This document shows positions 1-11,321 of a stretch of 64,000 nt of DNA, one piece after another. The notes below the pieces were generated by a model, which saw only the letters and a program-made list of their open reading frames with translations, made no database searches and was not told where the DNA came from. Positions within the stretch are counted from its first letter, which is position 1; each line of letters begins with the position of its first letter. The position numbers and the translations under genes were made by a program. The stretch comes from a virus (Duplodnaviria > Heunggongvirae > Uroviricota > Caudoviricetes), in the IMG/VR virus record IMGVR_UViG_3300042402_002792; one strand, given 5' to 3'.

Positions 1-1
1 T

Positions 2-3000
2 GTTCGTAACGGAAGTTATACTTATGTTGCGTTATTAGACAGTTTAGGTACTGTAGTTACTAATCAAACATACTGGGGCTTATTAAATCACGGATTTAGA
101 TGGACTAATGTACCTGTAACTTACAACGAAGTATCAACAATAACTGTTACTGGGTTAGGCTCAGGTGCAAAATTTAATATTGTAAGATCAGCAACAGTTT
201 ATGCAGTTACATTAGCTACTGGATTTGAAGGTGCTAATTATGCAGCAGGGGATCGATTAAAAATATTAGGAAGTAGTTTAGGAGGTATTACACCAGCTAA
301 CGACTTGACAATTAATGTAAGTACAGTTTCAACAGGTGCTATTGCAACATTTACATTTAGCGGTGGATCTGTAACATGGAGCATTAATACTGATTATGTT
401 TTAGGTGATGTTGTAACTTACGGCGGTAACAGTTATGTTTGTATACTAGCACACACTGCTTCAGGTGGTAATAAACCTGACGCAGATTTAACCGGTACAT
501 ACTGGAATTTGTTAACAGCAGGTTCAGAAGTTAATATTTTAACTACTACTGGCGACCTAGTATACATGGGCGCAAACGGTCCAACAAGATTACCAGTAGG
601 TATCAATGGTCAAGTTTTACGTAGCGACAACGGGTTACCTATCTGGGCCAACTATGGTTTGATTAATAACCTAGTATATGTAGGTCCTTTAGGAAACGAT
701 TTACCATACCCATTAGCAGGCGCTACTATTGATCAGCCATGGAAGACTCTTCGATATGCATGTAAACAAGTTGAAGAGGGTTATCTAACACCAAACGCTA
801 AACAAGTTATTGCTATGAACAAACAGTTCATAATGAAAGAAGTTAGCGCATGGGTAGATTACACATATACGTTAACTATAACATCTTCTGATCAAACTAC
901 TGACAGATTTACAACTGCAAGTACTGAAAATCTAATAGCTAATATGCCAATTGTATTTTCTGGCACGGTGTTTGGTGGCATTACTTCTGGCACAGTTTAC
1001 TACGTAAAAACTATTATTAGCACAACTGAATTTACTATCAGTAACATTTCAGGTGGAACATTGCGTCAAATTGACACTGCTAGCGGAACTATGACGTTAA
1101 AGCTATCTTACGATGCTACTAAATGTGAAAGAGATGTCGGTATGATTGTTGAAGCAATCAAGCACGATATTTCAAGAGGTGGCACAATGAAGACTACCTA
1201 TGCTGCTAAAACGTACTTTACCGAAGAAGGTAATGCTTATATTACAAATAATTTTGGCGCACAAACTACGCAAACTATTGCAGCTTACAATTTTATGGCA
1301 GAGCTTCTAGAAGATGTAATCAATAATGTTGCATCAAGCAGTTACCAAGTTATTAATGGTAGCACATCTGGTGTTGTACAACAAATTGATTCTACACTAA
1401 CATCAGAATTAGGAACAGCTCAGAAAGCTAAAGACCTTATTCAGATCATAACTACAGCATTAACATTAGGCTCATCTACAGCTATTCCTTTACAAATTTT
1501 ACCAGCAACTACAATTAGTGTTAAGACTGGTACATTTAATGAGATACTTCCTATTGTAATACCTGAGTATACTGCTGTTGTTGGCGACGAGCTTAGAAGT
1601 ACTATTATTCAACCAGCAAGCGGTATAGATATACTTGTAAATGATAAATCTAAAACTACTAGTGCGTTGAACAGAATTAATAGCTTAGTTCCTGATTTAA
1701 TTCAAAATAATGCAATAACTCCTACGTCAGGTAACACTGAACAAAGAAAATACCTTGGCGGATATATAGGCGGAAACACTGCGGTTGTTGCAACTAAAAC
1801 AGATATCATTAAAGACATAACACTAAACGGATTAGGCAGTGTACCAGCTATTTCTTTAACTGATCCAACTGGATACAGTAGCGGTTTCTTAAACGGCCGT
1901 AGACTATTAGTTAGTAACAAAACTTTTATTGTTAGAGAAATTTCAGAATGGATTTTAGCACAAATTGCTGGAAACGTTGCTCCATTTGTTGGTGCTACGT
2001 TTGCTGGTTCAACTCGCACAGATTTTGAAGTAGTTGTAGGATATGTAATTGATGCTCTACGCTACGATTTAACTTATGGCGGCAATTTAGAAACTATTGT
2101 TGCTGCAAGATCTTTCCGATCATTAGGCACCTGGGCAGGACAAATTAACGAAGATAGAACAGCCGCAGCATATACAAGATTATTTGATATTGTCGATAAC
2201 ATTATGCAAGGCGATAACAGTGGTTGGGCAAAAACTCCAGGTAACGTTTTAGTTCAAGACGATTCACTACCACACGGTTCAGCTGAAGCAGCTGATTTTG
2301 CTCAAGATAGATTAGCCGAAATCCTTGATGTTATTGATACAGAAATTTTACCTGATGTGATTGAACCTAATACAGCATGGGTATCAACAAGTCTAATTGA
2401 TGCAAAAAATGCTATTAGTAAATTAAAAACAGGTATTCAACAAGGTGCTATTAATTTCATTAATAGTGAATATCCTTCGCTAGTGTATGATCAAATTCTG
2501 TGTGCTCGTGATGTCGGCTATATGGTAGACGCAGTAGCATACGACATCATGTTCCAGTCAAACTTTAGAAGTATTACCGCTGGAAGACAGTATAGAAGAG
2601 GCATTACCTCAACTCTGGTAGTTATTAACGGTCAGCTAACCGAAACAGCAGCAGTTATTGATTATGTCAAATCTGCTATTGTTAGTATTATGCAACCAAA
2701 AGTTGGATCATTAGGTAGTACACTAGCTGTAGATCGTGTTGAAGAAGCATGTAATGTTATCTATGATTTAGTTAATAGTGGTAACGGCACTCAACCTACA
2801 GTAAACTTGCCAATACCAACCGGCGGAACAAATAACGCATTTACAGCAGGTTTCCTAAATGCTAGAAATCAAATTCGTCAAAACTTAACATTTATTCAAG
2901 ACGAAGTTGCAGCATTTTTAAATGTAAATTATAATGCTGTATGGCTAGCGTTAGGCGCAACAGGTCAAGCAGGATGCCGTAGAGATACACAATTTATTAT

Positions 3001-6000
3001 TGACGGTGTTGTTTATGATTTAACTTATGGCGGTAATACTCAAAGTTTAATTGTAGGTAGTGCTTACTACAGCAACTTTGTTTCAACAATTGATCCAGCA
3101 GAAATTCCTGCTACAGTTGCTGCCTATACTAGAATTAAAACTATTGTAGGACAAATTGCACAAGCACAATCTGTAACACCTAGTGCTGGTAATACAACAC
3201 CTCAAATAACTAGCGGAACTGCTGGTACTGCTGGAGGAGCAACATTTGCACAAGATCGTGTTCAAGATGTTATCGATTGGATCAGTAACGAAACTGCTAA
3301 TGCAACTATTACTCCAGATATTTCTTGGGCAAGTTCTAGTTTACAATTAGCATTTACTACACTTCAAGCTAAGAGAGCAGAAATTGCACAAGATGTTGTA
3401 TGGTGGGTTTATAAATTCCATCAAGATTTAAACTTCAATGAAGATATTTGCCGCAGAGATAGCCTATTATTAGTTGATGCAATTAGTTATGACGTTGTAT
3501 TTGGCAGCAACTTTGCATCAATTACAGCAGGTAAGGCTTATAACAGAGCAACTCCTAGCGCACTAAAAGTTAAGACAGATCAATTACGTGCAGAGTTAGG
3601 AGCAATTAATTTCTTAAAATATAAAGCTAAAATGCTTGCAGGTGTTGGCGGCGCTGCTAGAGTAGATTCTCTAATTAGTGATATTACCGGATATATTAAC
3701 GGTGGTTCTGTGCCTAGAACACAATTTGTAAATCCTACAACAATATCTAGTGCATATGCAGCCGCAGCAGTTTTAGTACAAGATAATAAAGATTTTATCA
3801 AAGCAGAAATTGCAGCTTGGATACAAGCTCAAATTACCGCTAATGCTACAAACTTTGTAGGGTTAGAATTTAACGTAGAAAAATGTCAACGCGATGTAGA
3901 CTATATTTTAGATGCACTACGTTACGATTTAATATATGGGTATGGTATATCTTCAACTAGTAACACTGCGGTTCAAGTAGCAGGATTAGCCTACTACAGC
4001 TACGCAGTCTTGCAAATTGATGCTAATGACAAAGCTGCAACTATTGATACTTACAACAGATTGAAAGCTGTAGTTCAAGCAGTAGCTCAAGACAATGCAG
4101 TAACAGCTAGTGCAGGTAATACTGTTTCGCAAGTACGTGCAGTTACTAATCAAGCTGTAGGTTCTGCTGCTACAGCTACTAGTTTAGGTACTCTTGTTGA
4201 TTTTATTACAAATATTATCAACAGTGGTCCAACAACTGGAGTACCTCGTGTAACAATTACTACAATTGCTGGTGGAACAACACTTACTACTGGTACAAAT
4301 CACGGACTTAAAATCGGAGATCAAATAACTCCTCAGGTTACAGCAAACGGATTAAACATCGATCAAATATATTATGTAGAGTCTATTCCGTTACCAACCA
4401 CACTTACATTATCTTTAACATATGGCGGAGCTGCTATAACAGCATTTACTAATGGTACTGGGTTATCTATCCTAGCAGCAACTGTAACAAATCCTTTAAT
4501 CACATGGGTCGATTCATCGTTAACAACTATTAACAGTTCTATATCTTTAAACAGAAGCAGTGTTATTAGCGATGTAACTTCTTATATTAGTCAAAACTTT
4601 CCAACTTTAAATTATAGTGTTACAACTTGTGAACGCGATTTAGGTTACATTATACAAGCAGTAACATTTGATATGATGTTCTCAAGTACTTATAGAACAA
4701 TTACTGCTGCAAGAAGTTATTATAGAGCAGCAGCATCATTAGTATTAGGAGAACAAAAATCTGCTACGATTGCTGCATTTAGATATCTTAAGACAAAACT
4801 TTTAAGTTATGCTACAATAGGTACAACAGCTCATAAGAGAATTAAATGGTTAATGGATATTATTGTTAACATTTTATCTAACGGTATCGGAAGTACTTCA
4901 GAAGTATTTGGTACTATGACTTATGAAAACGATGTAGGAATTTTTAACACAGCTGAAATTTTAAAAATAAACAAAGAATTTTTAGCAGCAGAGTCAACTG
5001 CCTGGATTACTCAGAATTACGGCGGAACTGTTACAACTACAACAGCATCAACTGGCAGATTTACAACCAGTGCTGCTCATAATTTTGTTGTAGGCGATCC
5101 GATAGAATTTAGTGGAACACCAATTACTGGTAGTAATGTAGCAGTTTCTACAACATATTATGTTTTAGCTGTCCCAACTCCAACTACATTTACGCTATCT
5201 TCAACTCCTGGTGGTACTCTATTACCGGTAGGTAACGGATCTGGATCAATGACTGTTCGATATAGTTTTGACATTGATTTGTGCAAACGTGATATGAGAG
5301 AATATATAGAAGCTATGGTATATGATCTAGCTTACACCGGTAATTATAGATCTTTACGTGCAGCCGAACTATACTTAAATGCAATAAACGGATCTCAGCT
5401 TTCAAATATGTTCTACGTGAGCAATGCTACAGGTTTACGTAACTGTACAGTTAACGGTCTAAACGGAACACTTACAGAAGAAAATGATTACGGTACAAAA
5501 CGCCCAACCGCAGGTGCTTATGTTGCTCTAAACCCAGGATTTGGTCCAAATGATCAAAGCGTATGGGTTAACACACGTTCGCACTATTCACAAAACGTAT
5601 CATTATTTGGTACAGGATGTTCTGGTGCTAAGATCGACGGTGCTATACATGCAGGCGGAAATCGTTCAATGGTTAAGAACGACTTTACAACAATTATATC
5701 AGACGGAATCGGCGTATGGTGTTCTGGAGCTAACAGCTTAACAGAACTTGTTTCGGTATTCGCATATTACTCATATGCTGGGTACTTAGCAGACTTAGGC
5801 GGACGTATTCGTGCTACTAACGGTAATAGTTCATATGGAAGTTTTGGTACTATTGCTGAAGGTACAGATACATTTGAAACACCTATTCTAGCTGAACTTG
5901 ACAATACAGCATCACAGGCTACTATTACAGAAACTATTACTGATTCTCTACAACAAGTGTGGAGAGTAGAATTCCAAAACGCAGGTAAAGGTTACACTAA

Positions 6001-9000
6001 TGCAGACTTTGGTATTAGCGGCGACGGTATTAATGCCGTCGCAGTTGGTGATGAGTTTAGAGACGGAGCAGTATTTGAAACACGAATTTATGATGCTGAC
6101 AACGGTAGTGATGTAGGCGGAACAAACTATGTCAATGCTCTAAATGCTGCTCAAGGCGGAGACAGAGTAAGCATTACTATTGCTGCTACTGATATTGCTC
6201 TAGCTACAGCATATGTAGGTATGCGTATTCAGATAACAGCAGGTACAGGTGTAGGCCAATACGGTAATGTATTAACTTACAATAACGGTACAAAAGTTGC
6301 ACAAATATTTAAAGACAGCTGGGAACCAATAACAATTACTTCAACTACTGATACTGGTGACTATGTAAACATTAGTTCTAATGCAAACTTATATGTTAAC
6401 ATGCCAATTTATTTTACCGGAACTGCATTCGGTGGAGTTACAGCTAATACTTTATATTATGTAAAAGCATTAAATGGTACTACACAGTTTACTATTAGTG
6501 AAACACAAGGCGGTGCAACATTTAACGTAACAACCGGCACTGGTACAATGACATTATTGCAAGCTGGTTGGGATCATGTAATTCCAGGTTATCCAATACA
6601 AGCAGCACTTGATTTATCAAGTTCATATGTAATTGAACCGAGAATTCATTTTACACATCCTGGTTACAATTCAGATTCAACAGCAATGAATGGTTCTTCA
6701 CAAGATCACTTTAGAACTACGTTCGGTGTAGAAAGATATGTTGTAATACCAGCAGCAGCTGGCGCAACAAGGTATTCCACAGATGGAACTACATGGAGTG
6801 TAGGTGGTACTATCAGTTTTGCTCCTTCTGAACTTGTATTTGGTGGAGGTGAAGGTGCAACAGCTACAGCTAGAATAGGTGGACTAGGTGGTGAAGGCGC
6901 TATATTAGAAGCCATTATGGGAGAAACTAATAGCGTAGGTATGCCAGGCGCTGACCAAGTTGTTGGTGTAAGAATTATTGACGGTGGTCGTAACTATACT
7001 ACACCTCCTACACTGGTGTTTACTCCTACACTCGGTGGCGCAGGTGCAGTTGCACTGGCTACAGTTAGAGATGGAAAAATTGACAAAGTTTATTTAGATC
7101 CTATCAACTTCGAAGGAACTGTTAACGGATCAGGCTACTTAAATCCTCCAACTGTTACTGCTGTAACAGATAGAGTAAGTAAGATTACAATTCTAACTAA
7201 AGGTAGAAAATATACTACACTTCCGGCAGTTACTATTAGCAGTCCGTTCCCTAGTGCAAGTGCATGGACTGATGGCGGAAGTGCTGTAAGTGGTACGGTG
7301 TATGCTTATCAAAATATTAGTATTTCACCATATAGAACTAATTACTATCAAGCCACAGCTAGCGGAACATTTAGTTCTACAGCCCCAACATTTACAACAG
7401 GAACTGGTTCAGGTGCTACATATGGTGTTGGATTAACTTATGTAGGTACACAAGCTACAGCTAATGCTACACTAGCTAACCAAGGTATTGACACCATTAC
7501 ATTAGATTATGTAGGTGCAGGGTATAGTTCAACTCCAACAGTAACAATTACAGATCCAACAGCAAAATTTGTCTGTATTCAAAGCGGCGGCACTGGTACT
7601 AATTACCTACCAGCAACTTCAGTACCAACAGCTAACTGGACAGCAGGTGGCTCGTTAGCAGCATCAACTTTTGTAGGATTAGCGCACGGAACGCCAAATG
7701 CAGGAATATATGTTGCAGTTGGTGGCACAAATGCTGCGGCTTCAAGCGGTGATGGTATTACATGGACTACTAGAACTATTCCAACATTAGGATCTGGGAC
7801 ATATAGGGCAGTTGCATACGGAGCCGGTCGCTTTGTTGCAATATCTACTGCTACTGCTACTGCTACAAGTACTAACGGTACAACATGGACAGCAGGAGGA
7901 AATCTACCAGCAGGAGTAACATGGACTAGTGTTGCATACGGTAATGGTAGATTTGTTGCTGTTGGTGCAAATAGTCGCGTTACAGCATACAGTTACGACG
8001 GCGGCATAACATGGATTAATTCTACAACAGTTGGCGCAGGAATTCCTAACAGAAACTGGGTGCGAATCAAGTACGGTCAAGGATTATTTGTTGCAATACC
8101 TGATGGATCTCAATTTATTTCAACAAGTACAGATGGTGTTTATTGGACTGAAAGAGATATAGGTTCTGGTGCACCTGGCGGCCCGAGAGATATAGTGTTA
8201 GGTAATCCTAATGGTGTACCGTTATGGCATTTAACTACAAGCGGTGTTACTGGCAGAATAATTAGAACAGGTGTTAAAGCACTAGGTCGTATGAAAGCTG
8301 CATCTGGCAGCGTAGTTGAAACTAGAATGGTTGAACCTGGTAGTGGGTATCCTCAAGGGGCTGTGTCTGCTACAACAGCAAGTACAAACTTGATTACAGC
8401 TAGTATAACTACAAATCTAGTAGATTCTCAACCAATTATATTTGCAGGACTTGATTCTTACGGATTAGTAACAGAGAAAATTTATTATGTAATAGGTTCA
8501 ACTATTACAAGTACACAATTTAAAGTCAGCTTAGTTTCTGGCAGCTCAACTCCAGTGGTATTAACTACTGCTACAGGGCTAACAGGTACATATAAGGCAG
8601 GTCCAATACACACTCAGTTTGATCCAAACAGAGTTCAAAGTGCTTCGTTAAATCCTCGCACAGGTAATGGTGCTTTAGGAAATCCAAGCTTTACTAATAG
8701 AGGTACAAGCTATACAACTGCGACTGCTGATGTATCAGGAGACGGCCGAGCTGATTACTATCAACCATTAACATTTGTTAGTGTACGAAACTTATACGAA
8801 GTACCACAGGCTGGTTCAAACGTTGTGTTTGATTCTATTCCTGGTGTTTGGTTTAAACTAGTAGCAGTAACAAACGTCTTAGGTGACCCAGGCGAGTTTA
8901 CTGGTACATTCCAAATTAGTCCAGGATTAACCACATTAGAAGCACCTATTGACGGTGACGGAATGACTACTACTATTAAGTACAGTCAAGTTCGTTTAAC

Positions 9001-9550
9001 AGGACATGACTTCTTGTATATCGGTACTGGTAATCAAGCACAAACTAACTATCCATTTGTTGATCCTACTACTGCTAGTATTGCAGTACAAACAAAAGCT
9101 AGTGGTGGTGGACGATGCTTCTTTACAAGTACTGACCAAGACGGTAACTTTAACGTTGGCGGATTGTTTGGAGTTCAACAGTCAACAGGTACTGCTACAT
9201 TGAACGCAGATGCGTTTAATCTAAGCGGTCTACAGAGTTTGCAGTTAGGACAGTTAAATATCGGTGTTGGAAGTGCAGTTATTACGCAGTTCTCAACAGA
9301 CCCGTATTTTACTGCTAATAGCGATAGTATTTTACCAACTCAACGAGCAATTAAAGCTTACATTACTGCACAGATTGGTGGCGGACAAAGCTCATTGAAC
9401 GTAAATACACTTACAGCTGGTGTAGTTTATATTGCTAACGACAGTATTTCTACAACAACAGGAGCACAATTAAACATCAAATCAAAGATGAACTTTACAG
9501 GCGGCATTGACGGAGCTCCTGTAGCTTTAGGATACTTTTTATCAAGATAA
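2..9550 (+). CDS. Giant repeat-rich virion/tail-fibre protein, 5'-partial
   Basis: Frame is open from base 2 through the listed TTG start at 305, so the gene begins left of the window. It has a CBM5/12-like motif (WSINTDYVLGDVVTYGGNSYVC), 8 helical CxRD repeats, about 5 beta-barrel YYV repeats, AYGxGRFVA propeller-like repeats and a C-terminal RLTGHDFL block typical of large phage structural proteins. Confidence 0.8.
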   Translation, partial: VRNGSYTYVALLDSLGTVVTNQTYWGLLNHGFRWTNVPVTYNEVSTITVTGLGSGAKFNIVRSATVYAVTLATGFEGANYAAGDRLKILGSSLGGITPANDLTINVSTVSTGAIATFTFSGGSVTWSINTDYVLGDVVTYGGNSYVCILAHTASGGNKPDADLTGTYWNLLTAGSEVNILTTTGDLVYMGANGPTRLPVGINGQVLRSDNGLPIWANYGLINNLVYVGPLGNDLPYPLAGATIDQPWKTLRYACKQVEEGYLTPNAKQVIAMNKQFIMKEVSAWVDYTYTLTITSSDQTTDRFTTASTENLIANMPIVFSGTVFGGITSGTVYYVKTIISTTEFTISNISGGTLRQIDTASGTMTLKLSYDATKCERDVGMIVEAIKHDISRGGTMKTTYAAKTYFTEEGNAYITNNFGAQTTQTIAAYNFMAELLEDVINNVASSSYQVINGSTSGVVQQIDSTLTSELGTAQKAKDLIQIITTALTLGSSTAIPLQILPATTISVKTGTFNEILPIVIPEYTAVVGDELRSTIIQPASGIDILVNDKSKTTSALNRINSLVPDLIQNNAITPTSGNTEQRKYLGGYIGGNTAVVATKTDIIKDITLNGLGSVPAISLTDPTGYSSGFLNGRRLLVSNKTFIVREISEWILAQIAGNVAPFVGATFAGSTRTDFEVVVGYVIDALRYDLTYGGNLETIVAARSFRSLGTWAGQINEDRTAAAYTRLFDIVDNIMQGDNSGWAKTPGNVLVQDDSLPHGSAEAADFAQDRLAEILDVIDTEILPDVIEPNTAWVSTSLIDAKNAISKLKTGIQQGAINFINSEYPSLVYDQILCARDVGYMVDAVAYDIMFQSNFRSITAGRQYRRGITSTLVVINGQLTETAAVIDYVKSAIVSIMQPKVGSLGSTLAVDRVEEACNVIYDLVNSGNGTQPTVNLPIPTGGTNNAFTAGFLNARNQIRQNLTFIQDEVAAFLNVNYNAVWLALGATGQAGCRRDTQFIIDGVVYDLTYGGNTQSLIVGSAYYSNFVSTIDPAEIPATVAAYTRIKTIVGQIAQAQSVTPSAGNTTPQITSGTAGTAGGATFAQDRVQDVIDWISNETANATITPDISWASSSLQLAFTTLQAKRAEIAQDVVWWVYKFHQDLNFNEDICRRDSLLLVDAISYDVVFGSNFASITAGKAYNRATPSALKVKTDQLRAELGAINFLKYKAKMLAGVGGAARVDSLISDITGYINGGSVPRTQFVNPTTISSAYAAAAVLVQDNKDFIKAEIAAWIQAQITANATNFVGLEFNVEKCQRDVDYILDALRYDLIYGYGISSTSNTAVQVAGLAYYSYAVLQIDANDKAATIDTYNRLKAVVQAVAQDNAVTASAGNTVSQVRAVTNQAVGSAATATSLGTLVDFITNIINSGPTTGVPRVTITTIAGGTTLTTGTNHGLKIGDQITPQVTANGLNIDQIYYVESIPLPTTLTLSLTYGGAAITAFTNGTGLSILAATVTNPLITWVDSSLTTINSSISLNRSSVISDVTSYISQNFPTLNYSVTTCERDLGYIIQAVTFDMMFSSTYRTITAARSYYRAAASLVLGEQKSATIAAFRYLKTKLLSYATIGTTAHKRIKWLMDIIVNILSNGIGSTSEVFGTMTYENDVGIFNTAEILKINKEFLAAESTAWITQNYGGTVTTTTASTGRFTTSAAHNFVVGDPIEFSGTPITGSNVAVSTTYYVLAVPTPTTFTLSSTPGGTLLPVGNGSGSMTVRYSFDIDLCKRDMREYIEAMVYDLAYTGNYRSLRAAELYLNAINGSQLSNMFYVSNATGLRNCTVNGLNGTLTEENDYGTKRPTAGAYVALNPGFGPNDQSVWVNTRSHYSQNVSLFGTGCSGAKIDGAIHAGGNRSMVKNDFTTIISDGIGVWCSGANSLTELVSVFAYYSYAGYLADLGGRIRATNGNSSYGSFGTIAEGTDTFETPILAELDNTASQATITETITDSLQQVWRVEFQNAGKGYTNADFGISGDGINAVAVGDEFRDGAVFETRIYDADNGSDVGGTNYVNALNAAQGGDRVSITIAATDIALATAYVGMRIQITAGTGVGQYGNVLTYNNGTKVAQIFKDSWEPITITSTTDTGDYVNISSNANLYVNMPIYFTGTAFGGVTANTLYYVKALNGTTQFTISETQGGATFNVTTGTGTMTLLQAGWDHVIPGYPIQAALDLSSSYVIEPRIHFTHPGYNSDSTAMNGSSQDHFRTTFGVERYVVIPAAAGATRYSTDGTTWSVGGTISFAPSELVFGGGEGATATARIGGLGGEGAILEAIMGETNSVGMPGADQVVGVRIIDGGRNYTTPPTLVFTPTLGGAGAVALATVRDGKIDKVYLDPINFEGTVNGSGYLNPPTVTAVTDRVSKITILTKGRKYTTLPAVTISSPFPSASAWTDGGSAVSGTVYAYQNISISPYRTNYYQATASGTFSSTAPTFTTGTGSGATYGVGLTYVGTQATANATLANQGIDTITLDYVGAGYSSTPTVTITDPTAKFVCIQSGGTGTNYLPATSVPTANWTAGGSLAASTFVGLAHGTPNAGIYVAVGGTNAAASSGDGITWTTRTIPTLGSGTYRAVAYGAGRFVAISTATATATSTNGTTWTAGGNLPAGVTWTSVAYGNGRFVAVGANSRVTAYSYDGGITWINSTTVGAGIPNRNWVRIKYGQGLFVAIPDGSQFISTSTDGVYWTERDIGSGAPGGPRDIVLGNPNGVPLWHLTTSGVTGRIIRTGVKALGRMKAASGSVVETRMVEPGSGYPQGAVSATTASTNLITASITTNLVDSQPIIFAGLDSYGLVTEKIYYVIGSTITSTQFKVSLVSGSSTPVVLTTATGLTGTYKAGPIHTQFDPNRVQSASLNPRTGNGALGNPSFTNRGTSYTTATADVSGDGRADYYQPLTFVSVRNLYEVPQAGSNVVFDSIPGVWFKLVAVTNVLGDPGEFTGTFQISPGLTTLEAPIDGDGMTTTIKYSQVRLTGHDFLYIGTGNQAQTNYPFVDPTTASIAVQTKASGGGRCFFTSTDQDGNFNVGGLFGVQQSTGTATLNADAFNLSGLQSLQLGQLNIGVGSAVITQFSTDPYFTANSDSILPTQRAIKAYITAQIGGGQSSLNVNTLTAGVVYIANDSISTTTGAQLNIKSKMNFTGGIDGAPVALGYFLSR

Positions 9551-9564
9551 TGGAGATATAAAAC

Positions 9565-9888
9565 ATGGCAACAGGAAGACTAGGCGTTTTTGCAATACCA
9601 GCAACAACCAACACAACAGTTTATACAGTACCGACAGGCTATTATGCAGTCTGTAACGTGTCTATCACAAATAGAAATGCGTCAAGTACTATCACACTTA
9701 GACTAGCAATGGCTGCATCAGGAACACCAAATAATGAAGAGTGGATGGAATACGATACTATTATTATTCCAAACGGCGTTTTTGAGCGCACAGGTTTAGT
9801 TATGCAAGCCGGGCTAAATATTGTAGTATATTCATCCGCAGCTAATGTTGGATGTACAGTGTATGGCATCGAAACACCAACAACATAA
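9565..9888 (+). CDS. Small virion-associated beta-sandwich protein
   Basis: 107 aa, GGAGA RBS, TVYTVP motif, lies between fibre genes. Confidence 0.55.
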   Translation: MATGRLGVFAIPATTNTTVYTVPTGYYAVCNVSITNRNASSTITLRLAMAASGTPNNEEWMEYDTIIIPNGVFERTGLVMQAGLNIVVYSSAANVGCTVYGIETPTT

Positions 9889-9906
9889 TTGAAGTGAGAT
9901 AAAAAT

Positions 9907-11319
9907 ATGGCACGTTTTAATACAGGACCTAGGACCCTTGTAATCTCGGGAACAACGATACTAAGCTATGCGTTTACTGGGGGAATAGTTACTTTATCAG
10001 GCGCAGGGGCCTATACTGTTACTGTTGCTAGCCCTGTATCGTTTCCGGGGACTACACAGGTATTTTATAATGGATCGTCGGCAGCTGTAACTTTAGCAAC
10101 CCCAGTGGGACAACTTCGAGGACCGGGCTTTACTGGCGGCGCATTTCAAACAATCGAAGCTGGCGCCTCAATGACTATAGTATCAGATGGTTCAAACTAT
10201 ATTATTGTTAATACAGAAGGTAACATAGTTGTTGGTACAACTGCAACGTTTACTGGAACATTAACAGCCCCAACACAAAACGGATCAACAGCCAGCAGCG
10301 GCACTTTGATCATGCGAGGTACTAGTCATGCTACAAAAGCAGCCGCTAGTATTTTAATGGATGATAATGTTACTAGTACAAGTACAACAACTGGTACCTT
10401 AGTTATAACAGGCGGTGTTGGATTAAGCGAAAACTTATATGTAGGAGGTTCTGCTGTAAGATTTACAGCTAACTCTGCAAGTACAGGCACATCAAGTGGT
10501 ACACTAGTTGTTACAGGAGGAGTAGGTGTTGGAGGCAGAATTAATGCAACTGATTTTACAGGTACAGTTGGAGCAAACTCTGCAAATACCGGAGCATTTA
10601 CTACTTTAACTGCTAATAATACAGTATCATTAACAGCTAACCAAAGTGCTACAAACACTGCAACTGGAACACTAAGAGTAACAGGGGGTGCTAGTTGCAC
10701 AGAAAATTTATGGGTAGGTGGTTATATCGATGCAGCTAGTATGCAAGATACACCAATCGGAACAGTTACTCGAAGCTCTGCTGCTTTTACAACTCTAACA
10801 GCAAATAATTCAGTAACACTTACACAAAATGCTAGTTCAAGTAATACAGCATCAGGTACATTAGTTGTCACTGGCGGTGTTGGTATTAGTGAAAACTTAT
10901 TTGTAGGTGGCGCAAGTGTAAGATTTACAGGTAACACTGGTAGTTCTAACACTAGTTCTGGTACACTGGTTGTTACAGGTGGTGTTGGTATTAGTCAAAA
11001 CTGTTACGTTGGTAGCTCATTAGTTGCTGGCAGTATTTCAGAAACATCTAGCGAAACATTAAAGAGAGATATAACTCCAATTGAAAATGCTCTAGACAAA
11101 ATTCTAAATTTAACAGGCGTAACTTATTTTAGAACAGCCGATGACACATTTGAAGCAGGCTTGATTGCAGAACATGTAAATAAGATTATACCAGAATTAG
11201 TTGGTAGAGATAGTAAAGGAAATCCTCAAACAGTCTACTATACAAAAATTACTGCCTACTTAATTGAAGCAGTTAAATCATTAAAACATGAACTTGATAG
11301 TATAAAAGGAAAGAATTAA
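9907..11319 (+). CDS. Tail fibre protein with C-terminal intramolecular chaperone (peptidase S74-like)
   Basis: Five GTLxxTGG(VG)xxxNL repeats; C-terminal ETSSETLKRDITPIENALDKI...GLIAE...coiled coil. Confidence 0.8.
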   Translation: MARFNTGPRTLVISGTTILSYAFTGGIVTLSGAGAYTVTVASPVSFPGTTQVFYNGSSAAVTLATPVGQLRGPGFTGGAFQTIEAGASMTIVSDGSNYIIVNTEGNIVVGTTATFTGTLTAPTQNGSTASSGTLIMRGTSHATKAAASILMDDNVTSTSTTTGTLVITGGVGLSENLYVGGSAVRFTANSASTGTSSGTLVVTGGVGVGGRINATDFTGTVGANSANTGAFTTLTANNTVSLTANQSATNTATGTLRVTGGASCTENLWVGGYIDAASMQDTPIGTVTRSSAAFTTLTANNSVTLTQNASSSNTASGTLVVTGGVGISENLFVGGASVRFTGNTGSSNTSSGTLVVTGGVGISQNCYVGSSLVAGSISETSSETLKRDITPIENALDKILNLTGVTYFRTADDTFEAGLIAEHVNKIIPELVGRDSKGNPQTVYYTKITAYLIEAVKSLKHELDSIKGKN

Positions 11320-11321
11320 AC

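Noticed and set aside
305-307. TTG start of the giant ORF
   Set aside because: Frame is open to the window edge and the upstream translation continues the same domains
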